A model generated the notes under the pieces. The model searched no databases and was not told the origin of the DNA. It worked only from the letters and a program-made list of their open reading frames with translations. Below, piece by piece: positions 22,755 to 32,000 of a DNA stretch of 64,000 bases (position 1 is its first letter; every line of letters begins with the position of its first letter). Where the stretch lies: positions 720 through 64,719 of the forward strand of contig VGJL01000005.1 in the NCBI GenBank assembly GCA_016867495.1, in the 5' to 3' direction. The DNA is from Candidatus Eiseniibacteriota bacterium (GTDB lineage Bacteria > Eisenbacteria > RBG-16-71-46 > CAIMUX01 > VGJL01). Made by a program: the position numbers and the translations under genes.

Positions 22755-23522
22755 ATGCCTAGGCCGGCGGCAATCGCCTTGATGGGGGCGGGGGGAAGGA
22801 TGGGGCAGGCCGTTGAGGCCATGCTGGCGAGGTGCGACGATCTCATCCTCGTCTTCCGCGCCGATCGCGCGCTCAAGGAGACCTCCGGTCCGCCGCGCTC
22901 GGGTCCGGACCTGATCTCGCTCGCCCCCGGACAGGTCGAGGGGATCATCGACTTCAGTCAGCCGGAGGGGACCGTCGCGGCCTCGGTGGCGGCGAGCCGC
23001 CTGGGTTGTCCCCTCGTCTCGGGGACGACAGGCCTGGATGACGATGCCTTCGCGGCGCTCAGGAGGGCCGCTCAGGACGTTCCTGTTTGCTGGTCTCCGA
23101 ACTTCAGCGTCGGAATCCCCTTTCTCGACGGCGCGCTGCGCGAGCTGGCCAGGCGATTGCCGCGGGGATGGCAGATCGAGATCGCGGAGACCCACCACGC
23201 TGGGAAGAGAGACGCGCCGAGCGGCACCGCCCTCAGACTCGCCCAGACCTGGCGTGACGAGAGGGGGGGAGAGATTCGCTATGGCAGGCACGGTCCGTCG
23301 GGGCCGCGTGGCGCGGCCGAGGTGGGGATTCACGCGCTGCGGCTGGGCGACGTGGTAGGCGAGCACCGCGTTCTGCTGGGCTGCTCGGGCGAGACGCTCG
23401 AGGTCGTCCACAGGGTGCAGGATCGGACCGCTTTCGCATCCGGAAGCGTCGAGGCCCTGCGCAGCCTCCTGCGCAAGGGCCCGGGGTGGTACGAGTGGAA
23501 CGATCTCGCTCGCGGGCTCTAG
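22755..23522 (+). CDS. dapB: 4-hydroxy-tetrahydrodipicolinate reductase
   Basis: GAGGRMG, IDFS, SGTTG, PNFSVG, ETHHAGKRDAPSGTA. Confidence 0.94.
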   Translation: MPRPAAIALMGAGGRMGQAVEAMLARCDDLILVFRADRALKETSGPPRSGPDLISLAPGQVEGIIDFSQPEGTVAASVAASRLGCPLVSGTTGLDDDAFAALRRAAQDVPVCWSPNFSVGIPFLDGALRELARRLPRGWQIEIAETHHAGKRDAPSGTALRLAQTWRDERGGEIRYGRHGPSGPRGAAEVGIHALRLGDVVGEHRVLLGCSGETLEVVHRVQDRTAFASGSVEALRSLLRKGPGWYEWNDLARGL

Positions 23523-23791
23523 GCCTTCGCTTTGGATCGCCCGACGCCAGCGGCCTTCTTCGCCAAACGGCTCTTCTGCCGATCGACGGTCTTCTTGTGG
23601 ATGACCCCCTTGCGGGCCGCGTTGTCGAGCGCGGACGACGCCGACTTGAGGAGATCGACGACCTTGCCCGGATCGGCCGATTGACGAAGGGCGCGCGTGA
23701 CCTTGCGGACCTTGCTCTTGACGGCGGCGTTTCGCTTTCGATCGCGCTCGTTCGTCTTCATCCTCTTCTTGGCCGACTTGTGATGGGGCAT
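23519..23791 (-). CDS. rpsT: 30S ribosomal protein S20
   Basis: MPHHKSAKKRMK...KGVIHKKTVDRQKSRL; GGGAGG SD; stop overlaps the dapB stop (CTAG). Confidence 0.95.
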   Translation of the reverse strand: MPHHKSAKKRMKTNERDRKRNAAVKSKVRKVTRALRQSADPGKVVDLLKSASSALDNAARKGVIHKKTVDRQKSRLAKKAAGVGRSKAKA

Positions 23792-23860
23792 CGCGGTGCT
23801 TCCTCCCTTTCTGTGGACTGACTCCACGCGGGGAGCTGCCGCCCCGCCGCTAGGACTCCT

Positions 23861-23890
23861 ACCTTAGCCGAGATGCGAAAGCTCGGTCAA
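23861..23890 (-). promoter_or_regulatory. Candidate sigma70 promoter for rpsT
   Basis: Minus strand TTGACC (23890-23885), 18 bp, TAAGGT (23866-23861); overlaps the lnt start. Confidence 0.4.
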
Positions 23891-25441
23891 GACAGCGCTC
23901 CCTTCCTGGCCATCCTGAGCGGGATTCTCTCAGCCCTCGCCTTTCCTCCCTTTCGGCTCGCCCCCCTCGTCTTCGTGGCCCCGGTTCCGCTTCTCTGGGG
24001 CCTGGCGCGCGCCCGGGGAGCCGGGCTTCGAAGCTCGTTCGTTCTCGGCTGGTGGGCGGCGTTCCTGCACTTCCTGATCGTCCTTCACTGGATCCTGGCT
24101 CTCCCCAGCGAGGAGGTGACGATCCCCGGCCTGATGATCCCCTCTCTGATCTTCATGTCCGCCTATCTCGCCCTCTACTTCGGCGCCGCCGCGGCGGTCG
24201 CCGTCTGGATCTCGAGACGGCTGGCGGTTCCCCTTGGGCTCATCTGGCCCGTGTTCGTGACGCTTGCGGACGTGGGACGATCGATCGGGGAGCTGGCATT
24301 CCCGTGGGCGTCCCCGGCCTACGCGCTTTCCCGCGATCCGGCGGTTCTCCAGTTTTCGACGGCGACGGGCTTCTGGGGGCTCTCGCTGTGGGTCGCATTG
24401 TGCGGCGGACTCCTCTACGAGTCTCTGACAGGCGCCCGACGCCTGCGCTTGCCCACGGGGATCGCGCTCGCGCTCCTGCTCCTCGCTCCGCGAGTTCATG
24501 GGATGCTGGCCCTCTCCTCCCGGGAGGCGCGGCCAGATGACGGCGCCGGCGTTCACGTCGTCATGCTTCAGCCGAACACGAGCCGAACGATCAAGTGGGA
24601 TCCTCGCTACAGGGAGATCGTGGTGGAGGATCTTCTGGAACGCACCAGGCGCGCCGCGGAACGCCGCCCCGACCTGATCGTCTGGCCGGAAACGGCCGCG
24701 CCGATCGTTCTGTTGCAAGAGCCCGAGTATCTCACGCGTGTCGTCGAGACGATACGGACCGTGGGAACCCCGGTCCTCCTCGGGACCCTCGATCACAGAC
24801 TGGAAGCGGGGAGCTACGTCGCCCACAACTCGGCGGCTCTCTTCGACTCCGGGGGCAACCTGGTCGACCGGTACGACAAACAGCGGCTGGTGCCGTTCTC
24901 GGAGCGGATGCCGTTTCAGGGCGTCAGCCCCCTGCTTGCGGGGCTCAACTTCGGCCAGTCGGACTTCACGCCCGGCGACCGGTATGTCCTCTTCCCCCTC
25001 GGTGGCGCGCGGATCGCCTGTCTGATCTGCTTCGAGTCGATCTTCCCGGATCTCGCGCGGAGGTTCGCGGACGAGGGAGCGAATCTGTTGCTGAACATAA
25101 CGAACGACTTCTGGTTCGGGGACAATGCCGCCCCGATTCAGCACGCGGAGATGGCGATCTTTCGAGCTGTCGAGACGCGCAGGCCCCTCCTCCGTTGCGC
25201 CAACACCGGGGTCTCGATGGTCGTCGACCCCTGGGGACGCGTCATCGAGGAAACGGACACGTTCGTCGAGGCGACAGTGGATAGGCGCGTCGCCCTGGGA
25301 TCGGGGGCGACCTTCTACGTCCGGCACGGCGAGTGGTTGTGCCGCGCCCTCGCCGCTCTGGCCATGGCGCTCGTGATATGTAGAATCATCGTGGGGAGGG
25401 CGCATTGGACTCCTACCAGGTTCAACACCGGATCCACCTGA
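23873..25441 (+). CDS. lnt: Apolipoprotein N-acyltransferase
   Basis: TM N-terminus with FPW; catalytic motifs WPETA, KQRLVPFSE, ICFES; RAVE...ANTG. Confidence 0.95.
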   Translation: MRKLGQDSAPFLAILSGILSALAFPPFRLAPLVFVAPVPLLWGLARARGAGLRSSFVLGWWAAFLHFLIVLHWILALPSEEVTIPGLMIPSLIFMSAYLALYFGAAAAVAVWISRRLAVPLGLIWPVFVTLADVGRSIGELAFPWASPAYALSRDPAVLQFSTATGFWGLSLWVALCGGLLYESLTGARRLRLPTGIALALLLLAPRVHGMLALSSREARPDDGAGVHVVMLQPNTSRTIKWDPRYREIVVEDLLERTRRAAERRPDLIVWPETAAPIVLLQEPEYLTRVVETIRTVGTPVLLGTLDHRLEAGSYVAHNSAALFDSGGNLVDRYDKQRLVPFSERMPFQGVSPLLAGLNFGQSDFTPGDRYVLFPLGGARIACLICFESIFPDLARRFADEGANLLLNITNDFWFGDNAAPIQHAEMAIFRAVETRRPLLRCANTGVSMVVDPWGRVIEETDTFVEATVDRRVALGSGATFYVRHGEWLCRALAALAMALVICRIIVGRAHWTPTRFNTGST

Positions 25442-26613
25442 AGCCGGGGCGGGAGGCCTCCGTGGCGGCCCGCCATCCTTGGGTCTTCTCGGGCGCCGTG
25501 GAGCGGGTGGAGTCGCTTGCGGGCGCCGTCGACGGCGGCGTGTGCGATCTCCTCGACGCCGAGGGCGGCTTTCGGGCCCGCGGCACCCTGCACCGCTCCT
25601 CGCAGATCCTCTGCCGCATCCTGACCTGGAAGGAGGAGCCGATAGACGACGCGTTCTTCGCGTCTCGCATCGCCGCGGCGGCCGCCCTGCGCGAGAGGTG
25701 GATCGATGCGGAGACAACAGACGCCTACAGGCTCGTCAATGCGGAGGGGGATCTCCTACCCGGCCTGATCGTCGATCGCTACGCGGACTATCTGGCCGTG
25801 CAATGCCTGACCTCGGGGATGTCGCATCTGGAGGCGCTCTGGTGCGGCGCTCTGGACCGGCTCCTCTCGCCGGCCGCGATCATCGATCGCACCGAGCGCG
25901 CAGTGCGGGATCCGGCGCTCGAAGGACGATGCCGGGCTCTGCGCGGGGGGATTCCCGAGGGGGCGATTCCGATCAAGGAGAATGGTCTCGCCTTTCGGGT
26001 CCGTCTTGATGCCGGCCAGAAGACAGGCTTCTACATAGATCAGAGGGAGAACAGGGCCCTCCTTGGGCGCCTTGCGCGGGGATGCGAGGTCTTGAACGGC
26101 TTCTCCTACACCGGCGCCTTCGGCGTCTACGCCGCGTGCGGGGGCGCGGCCAGAGTTGTCCAGGTCGAGTCGAGCGCTCCGGCGCTCGAGGAGGCAAGGG
26201 CTCACTGGCAGCAGAACGGCCTATCCGACGATCGTGTCGAGCACGTGAAGGACGATCTCTTCCGCTTCCTGAGGCGGGAGGAGCGGATGTTCGACATCGT
26301 GGTGCTCGATCCTCCGCCCTACGCGAAGCAGAAGGCGGATGTCGCGCGGGCGGCGCGGGCCTACAAGGACCTCAATCTCTGGGGGATGAGGAGGCTGCGG
26401 CCGGGCGGTCTGCTGATGAGCTTCTCCTGCTCCCAGCACATCTCTGTAGATCTCTTCCAGAAGATCCTCTTCGGGGCGACTCGCGATGCGGGCGTATCGC
26501 TCCAGTGGCTGAAACGCCTCGGCCCCGGCGCCGACCATCCCGTGCACGTCGACCATCCGCAAGGCGAGTACTTGAAGGGCTTCCTTCTACGAAGGCTCGA
26601 CGCCGGCGGTTAG
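25405..26613 (+). CDS. rlmI: 23S rRNA m5C1962 methyltransferase RlmI family
   Basis: HPWVFSG, NAEGDLLPGLIVDRY, GQKTGFYIDQRENR, FSYTG, LDPP; TTG start with GGGAGG. Confidence 0.85.
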   Translation: MDSYQVQHRIHLKPGREASVAARHPWVFSGAVERVESLAGAVDGGVCDLLDAEGGFRARGTLHRSSQILCRILTWKEEPIDDAFFASRIAAAAALRERWIDAETTDAYRLVNAEGDLLPGLIVDRYADYLAVQCLTSGMSHLEALWCGALDRLLSPAAIIDRTERAVRDPALEGRCRALRGGIPEGAIPIKENGLAFRVRLDAGQKTGFYIDQRENRALLGRLARGCEVLNGFSYTGAFGVYAACGGAARVVQVESSAPALEEARAHWQQNGLSDDRVEHVKDDLFRFLRREERMFDIVVLDPPPYAKQKADVARAARAYKDLNLWGMRRLRPGGLLMSFSCSQHISVDLFQKILFGATRDAGVSLQWLKRLGPGADHPVHVDHPQGEYLKGFLLRRLDAGG

Positions 26614-26627
26614 CGGGGACAATCGCG

Positions 26628-27290
26628 ATGACGCGCCGGGTCATGGAGACGCGCTGGCGGATCGCGAGGACCGAGGAGCGACTCTTCGCGCCCGGGCGGC
26701 GGCCGGAGGACGGTCTCCTGGCGGAGCACCTCGCCCGCTATCGCTTCCTCTCGGAACTCGTGGGGGGGCGGGTGCTCGACGTCGGCTGCGGGACCGGCTA
26801 CGGCGTTGCGGAGCTCGCTCGGGGCCCCATCGCTCGGGAGGTCGTGGGGATCGACGTCTCGGCCGACGCGATCGCCCTGGCGCGGCGCTACCATGCGCAT
26901 CCGAAGGCTTCATTCTCCCGAGTCGACATCGAGCAGGTCGGCTGGGAGAGAGGTCTGGGCGTCTTCGATGCCGTCACGGCGCTGGAGGTGCTGGAGCATC
27001 TGCATCATGAAGAGGCATTCTGGCAGGGGGTCGAGGCAACGCTGCATCCAGGCGGAGCGCTCTGGATCTCGACGCCGCTGGGCAGGGGAAGGGGCCTACC
27101 CGCGTCGGATCCGTTTCATGTGCATCAGATGAGGCGCGGTGAGATCGAGAGCCTCTTGCGGGCCGGCTGGGAGGCGCGCATCTACGGGCAGGCGGGACAG
27201 TGGATTGAACCCTGGACGGCGGGTCGGCGATACTACACCGTGCTGGCCAGGGCTCGCCGGCGGGCGGATGGGAGGTCTTCACGCGGATGA
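26628..27290 (+). CDS. Class I SAM-dependent methyltransferase
   Basis: EHLARYRF, VLDVGCGTGYG, EVLEHL, ISTP. Confidence 0.85.
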   Translation: MTRRVMETRWRIARTEERLFAPGRRPEDGLLAEHLARYRFLSELVGGRVLDVGCGTGYGVAELARGPIAREVVGIDVSADAIALARRYHAHPKASFSRVDIEQVGWERGLGVFDAVTALEVLEHLHHEEAFWQGVEATLHPGGALWISTPLGRGRGLPASDPFHVHQMRRGEIESLLRAGWEARIYGQAGQWIEPWTAGRRYYTVLARARRRADGRSSRG

Positions 27291-28327
27291 GGAAGTGGAA
27301 CGTCGGAGTTGTCGGCGTCACCGGGGCGGTGGGCCGGACGATGCTCGCCTGCCTGCGGGAGGTCGACATGCCGATCGGATCCTTGCTGGGCTTCGCCTCC
27401 AGCAGGTCGGCCGGGTCGTATCTCCCCGAGGGGGGTCCGTGGGGGGAGGGGATCGAAGTCAATCTGCCGACGGAGCGCGCCCTGGCGGGACTCGATCTCG
27501 TGCTCCTCTCGGCGGGAGCCGCCGTCAGCGCGGAGATCGTGCCGATGGTGACGGCGATGGATGCCTGGGCGGTCGACAACTCGAGCGCCTTCCGGCTCGA
27601 CCCCGGGGTGCCGCTGATCGTCCCTGAGGTCAATGGCCGACGCATTCCCGACAGGCGCGGACCGATCGCCAATCCCAACTGCTCCGTCATCCAGATGGTC
27701 GTCGCGGTTTCTCCTCTCGCGGCCCGCTTCGGTCTCCGGCGAGTCCACGTCGCAACCTACCAGTCGGTCTCCGGGCGCGGCCAGAAGGGGGTGACGGCGC
27801 TGCGGGCGGAGCGCGGCGGAGCGCAGCCGGACGCGGGTGTGTTCCCCGACCGGATCGACGGGAACGTGATCCCGCAGTGCGACTCCTTCGTGGGCGAGGG
27901 TTTCACGCGCGAGGAGCAGAAGATGGTCCTGGAGACGCGCAAGATCCTCGAGCTGCCCGAGCTTCCTGTCCATCCCACGTGCGTTCGGGTCCCGGTCGAA
28001 GTCGGACACAGCGAGGCTGTCCATCTGGAGCTCGAGGAGCCCGCCAGCGTTGAGCAAGTGCGCGCGACGCTCGCCGGCCTCCCCGGAGTCAAGCTCCTCG
28101 ATGATCCCTCGGCCGAGATCTATCCGACCGCCAGGGCGGCGGCCGGAACCAACGAGGTCTGGGTCGGGCGGATTCGCGTCGATCGAAGCGATCCGAGGAT
28201 CCTCCAGCTATGGGTCGTCGCGGACAATCTCCGAAAGGGCGCGGCATGGAACGCGGTTCAGATCGCCTGCCTCCTCCACGCCCGCGAGACTGGACATGCC
28301 TGTCTACCGCTTGCTGCTCGAGTATGA
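27287..28327 (+). CDS. asd: Aspartate-semialdehyde dehydrogenase
   Basis: GVTGAVG, DNSSAFR, PEVN, ANPNCS, YQSVSG, CVRVPV, DNLRKGAA. Confidence 0.96.
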   Translation: MRKWNVGVVGVTGAVGRTMLACLREVDMPIGSLLGFASSRSAGSYLPEGGPWGEGIEVNLPTERALAGLDLVLLSAGAAVSAEIVPMVTAMDAWAVDNSSAFRLDPGVPLIVPEVNGRRIPDRRGPIANPNCSVIQMVVAVSPLAARFGLRRVHVATYQSVSGRGQKGVTALRAERGGAQPDAGVFPDRIDGNVIPQCDSFVGEGFTREEQKMVLETRKILELPELPVHPTCVRVPVEVGHSEAVHLELEEPASVEQVRATLAGLPGVKLLDDPSAEIYPTARAAAGTNEVWVGRIRVDRSDPRILQLWVVADNLRKGAAWNAVQIACLLHARETGHACLPLAARV

Positions 28328-29042
28328 CGGGGCGTCCTACTTCGGCTGGCAAGCTCAGCCGAGTCTGCCCACCGTGCAGGGGGCGCTCGATCGCGCCCTG
28401 TCGATCCTGACGCGTGAGGCGATCCGCACGACCGGCGCAGGGCGGACCGACCGCGGAGTCCACGCAAGGGGGCAGGTCGCCAGCTTTCACTCAACGGCCC
28501 GGCTCGACTGCCGCCGGATCGCCGCCGGCATCAGGGGGATCTGCGGACCGATGATCCAGGTCAGGGTCATGGAGGAAGCCGACCCCGCCTTTCATGCGCG
28601 GCACGACGCCCGCTGGCGGGCCTACAGCTATCGTCTGCTCGAGCGGCCGTCGCCGCTCTGGCGCCACCATGCGCACTGTCCCCCCGCGTTGCCGGGGCTC
28701 GCCGAGCTGCGTGCGACAAGCGAGCCGCTCCTGGGTCGCCACGACTTCACTTCCTTCGCCAACGTCAGCGCGGACTCGGCCGACCCGAGCTGCGAAGTCC
28801 TCCACGCGGCATGGGAGAGCTGGGACCACGGCCTGCTCTTTCGCGTCCGCGCCGATCACTTCCTCTACAAGATGGTGAGAACGGTGGTCGGCACCCTGCT
28901 GCGCGAGGCGCTCCCGGGCGGAGGGGGGAGCGAGGCGATGAGGCGGATCATCGGTGCGCGTGACAGGCGTCTGGCGAGCGCTCCTCTGCCTCCGATGGGA
29001 CTCTGCCTCGAGGCTGTGGGATACGAGCCCCCGTGGCCCTAG
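28296..29042 (+). CDS. truA: tRNA pseudouridine(38-40) synthase
   Basis: EYDG..GWQ, GAGRTDRGVHA, FHAR, FLYKMVR. Confidence 0.95.
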   Translation: MPVYRLLLEYDGASYFGWQAQPSLPTVQGALDRALSILTREAIRTTGAGRTDRGVHARGQVASFHSTARLDCRRIAAGIRGICGPMIQVRVMEEADPAFHARHDARWRAYSYRLLERPSPLWRHHAHCPPALPGLAELRATSEPLLGRHDFTSFANVSADSADPSCEVLHAAWESWDHGLLFRVRADHFLYKMVRTVVGTLLREALPGGGGSEAMRRIIGARDRRLASAPLPPMGLCLEAVGYEPPWP

Positions 29043-29055
29043 AGCGTTCTGATCG

Positions 29056-29086
29056 CGTCCGAGGGCGTGTCGAACGCCTCTGGACG
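29056..29086. terminator. GC-rich hairpin between convergent truA and the FN3 protein gene
   Basis: CGTCCGAGGGCGT-GTCGA-ACGCCTCTGGACG imperfect inverted repeat; no U-tract. Confidence 0.35.
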
Positions 29087-29087
29087 A

Positions 29088-32000
29088 CTAGGGCGAGACG
29101 AAGATCCGCTTGTGCGACTTGCGTTCTCCGAGGCTCGTCACGATGACGTAGAATCCCGGCGCGACGGTCCGTCCGTCATCGTCGCGGCGATCCCAGGGAA
29201 CCGAGAGGGCGGCCGAGCCGGCCGCTGCATCGTCGAAGAGAGTCCTGACCTCTGTTCCGTGCAGGTCGTAGACGCGAATCAGCAGCCGCGCCGCGGCGTC
29301 GCCTGATGGAGTCTCGATCTCGAGGCGGCAGCGATCCTCCACCGGATGAGGGTAGGGTCCTCGCACGACAAGGCTCGCCCGCGCGGGCGGGGCGACAGGA
29401 CTGCTCAGGCTTCCCTCATTCCCCGCGAGATCGATCGCGCTGAGAGCGTAAGCCGCGCATCCCTCCGGCACGAGAGCCGTGGTCGTTTCCGGCGGCAGGG
29501 GGCTGTCGATGAGGCGGCCCCAGTTCTCTTCAGGCAGCTGCCCGTAGATCCAGTATCCCGCCAGATCGGGCGCCGGCGACGGGCGCCAGCTCAGTCGGAC
29601 CATCCCATTCGTCTCGCCCTGCTCGATCCGGAGGCCGTCCGGCGGATCGGGAGGGGAGAGGTCGCCCCCGGAGGTCGTGAACGAGATCGGATCCGAGAGG
29701 GCGGAGAAGAGGCCCTCGGCGCTGCGGACCCGCACCGCGATCCAGTATTCCGTGCCCGCCAGGAGGCCGCTGACTTCAGCCTCTTGACGATCGCTTCCGG
29801 CGCGCGGAGTCACGGCGATCTTCGCGAGCGCGGGCCATGATTCAGCGGTGATCGGCGCGACGGCGACCGCGAGCAGGCACGAGGCGGGAGGAAGCGTGTC
29901 GCCGTCGGCCGGCTCATGGAGCCAGTCGATGCGAGCCCTTCCTTGCCCGAGGACGAAGACGCGGAGGCTCTCGGCCGCGGCCGGCGGAACCGGCGTGTGG
30001 GGGAAGGTCCGGACGCGAATGCCCGTCGAGAGCGGAGAGATACGGCCTGCCGCGTCGACGGCGCGCAGCGCGATGGCGTGCTCCCGGCCCGCGGCGAGAC
30101 CCGTCACGCGGTGCGCCTGCTGCCGTCCGGGGAGGGCGGGGCGGGGAAGTCCTTCGGTCGACACAGCGGCGGCGTTCCAGTCTTCATGGCTCAGGAGCGG
30201 CGCCTCGATCCTCCGCCCTAGGACGTAGGCCTCGGCGATGCCGTCTAAGCTATCCTCGCCGACCGCGGTCCAGACGAGATCGACCCAATCGGGCCCGACC
30301 CGCGATGCCGCCAGGTCGGCGATCGGCGCGGGAGGAGGATCGAGGCCCTCCGGATCCCCTTCCTCGGCCGGAGCCGTCGTGACGAGAATCCCGGAGCCGA
30401 TCGGGCTCAAGGCGGCCGGAGCGATCTCGGAGCGCACGGCCATCGAATAGATGCTGGAAGGGCGCAGGGCCCCGATCCTCGCCGTCGCTTCCGATCCGGG
30501 AGACGCGGGATCGGGCAGCCCTTCGGTTCTGATCTCCGCGTGGGACCAGTCGGCCTCCGTCGCGATTACCTGCGCTCCGGCAAGGATGCCCAAGCGATAG
30601 CCCCTGATCGCTCCCCCCGGCGGATCGGTCTCGGGTGCGCTCCATCTCAGATCGCACCAGTCTTCCCCTTGAGCCGGACTGGTCAGATCGAGAATCGGGA
30701 ACGCGGTGACGCTCGCCGATGGCGGCGTCGTCCAGCGGAGGGGATTCGACAGGCCTCCCATCTGGGCGGAGTCATCCACGGCGCGGACGGCGAGCGCGTA
30801 GCCCCTCGCCTCCTGAAGGCCCCGCAGGGTCCACTCCTCCCTGGTTCCCGGGGGAGCCGGGACGGGCGGAGGCGGCTGCTCCACGACCTCTGCCAGCAGC
30901 CAGTCGTCCTCCGTCTCGATGGGCGCGTCGGTTCTCAGCCTCACCTCGTAGCGCGATGCCCGTCCCGACTCCCCCTCGTCCCCTGGAGCCGTCCAAGCGA
31001 GGCGCGCCGAGTCGCTCCACGAAGCGACGAGGACGAAGTCGCTGATCGCGGCGGGCGGTGAAGGAGGGAGCGCCGGCGTGGAGGTCGTCGCCCGGACGAT
31101 GTTCGAGGGGAGCGAGAGGTTCCCGGCCTCGTCCTCGCAGCGCAGGACGAAGGCGTAGGAGGTCGAAGGGGCGAGCCGAGCCACGGCGACGGAGTCGGCC
31201 GTCCCCGACTCCGCGGGGTAGGGGAGCGGCGCGTAAGCCTCGCCTTCCTCCCAGATCCTCTCGTCCGCAAGGGAGGTCGAAGCGATGCGGAGGTGGTAGC
31301 GGACGATGGCCGCCCTCTTGCCCCTGTCCGAGGGGACCGTCCAGAGAAGGGTGACCGAGGCGGAGTCGACCCTGGCCGCGCGCGCATCGAGAATCGGATC
31401 GGGCGGGATCGTGTCGGGTCTCTCCGTGAACGCCGTCTGGAGCAGGAGCGCCGCGCCCAGGGGACCGATGTTCCCCGCCTCATCGACGGCGCGGAGGGCG
31501 ATCCCATACTCGCTTGCCGGACGGAGAGCGCCGATCTCCCCTTGCTGTAGCGCTCCCGAGGAGTCGGGGGCCGGGAAACGGAGACGATCGGGGACTCCGG
31601 CCCGCGCCCACGCCTCCTCGCTCTCGATCGCTTCGCCTTCGAGGATGCGGGCCTCGTAGCGGGCCGCCCTGCCCGCGCTCCCGTCGTCGCCCGTCGCGGT
31701 CCACTGGAGAACCGCATGCGTGTCGCTCACGGAGGCCGCCAGGAGGGCGCTCAGGACTCCCGGGGGCGTGGTGTCGATCTCGGGCGGGGGCGCGCTCGGA
31801 CCGGCGCGCGCGAGAACGGGATTCGAGAGGGCGCCGAGGTTGCCGGCCTCGTCATACGCGCGGAGGGCGACGCCGTACTGCATGCCCGGAAGAAGGGAGG
31901 CTAGGCTGCAGGCCTGCGCGGCGCCGGGATCGGCCGGCGCGGGCGGATCTCCAACCTCGGTCGCCTCGAGCCAATCTGCCTCCGTGAGGATTTCCCGCCC

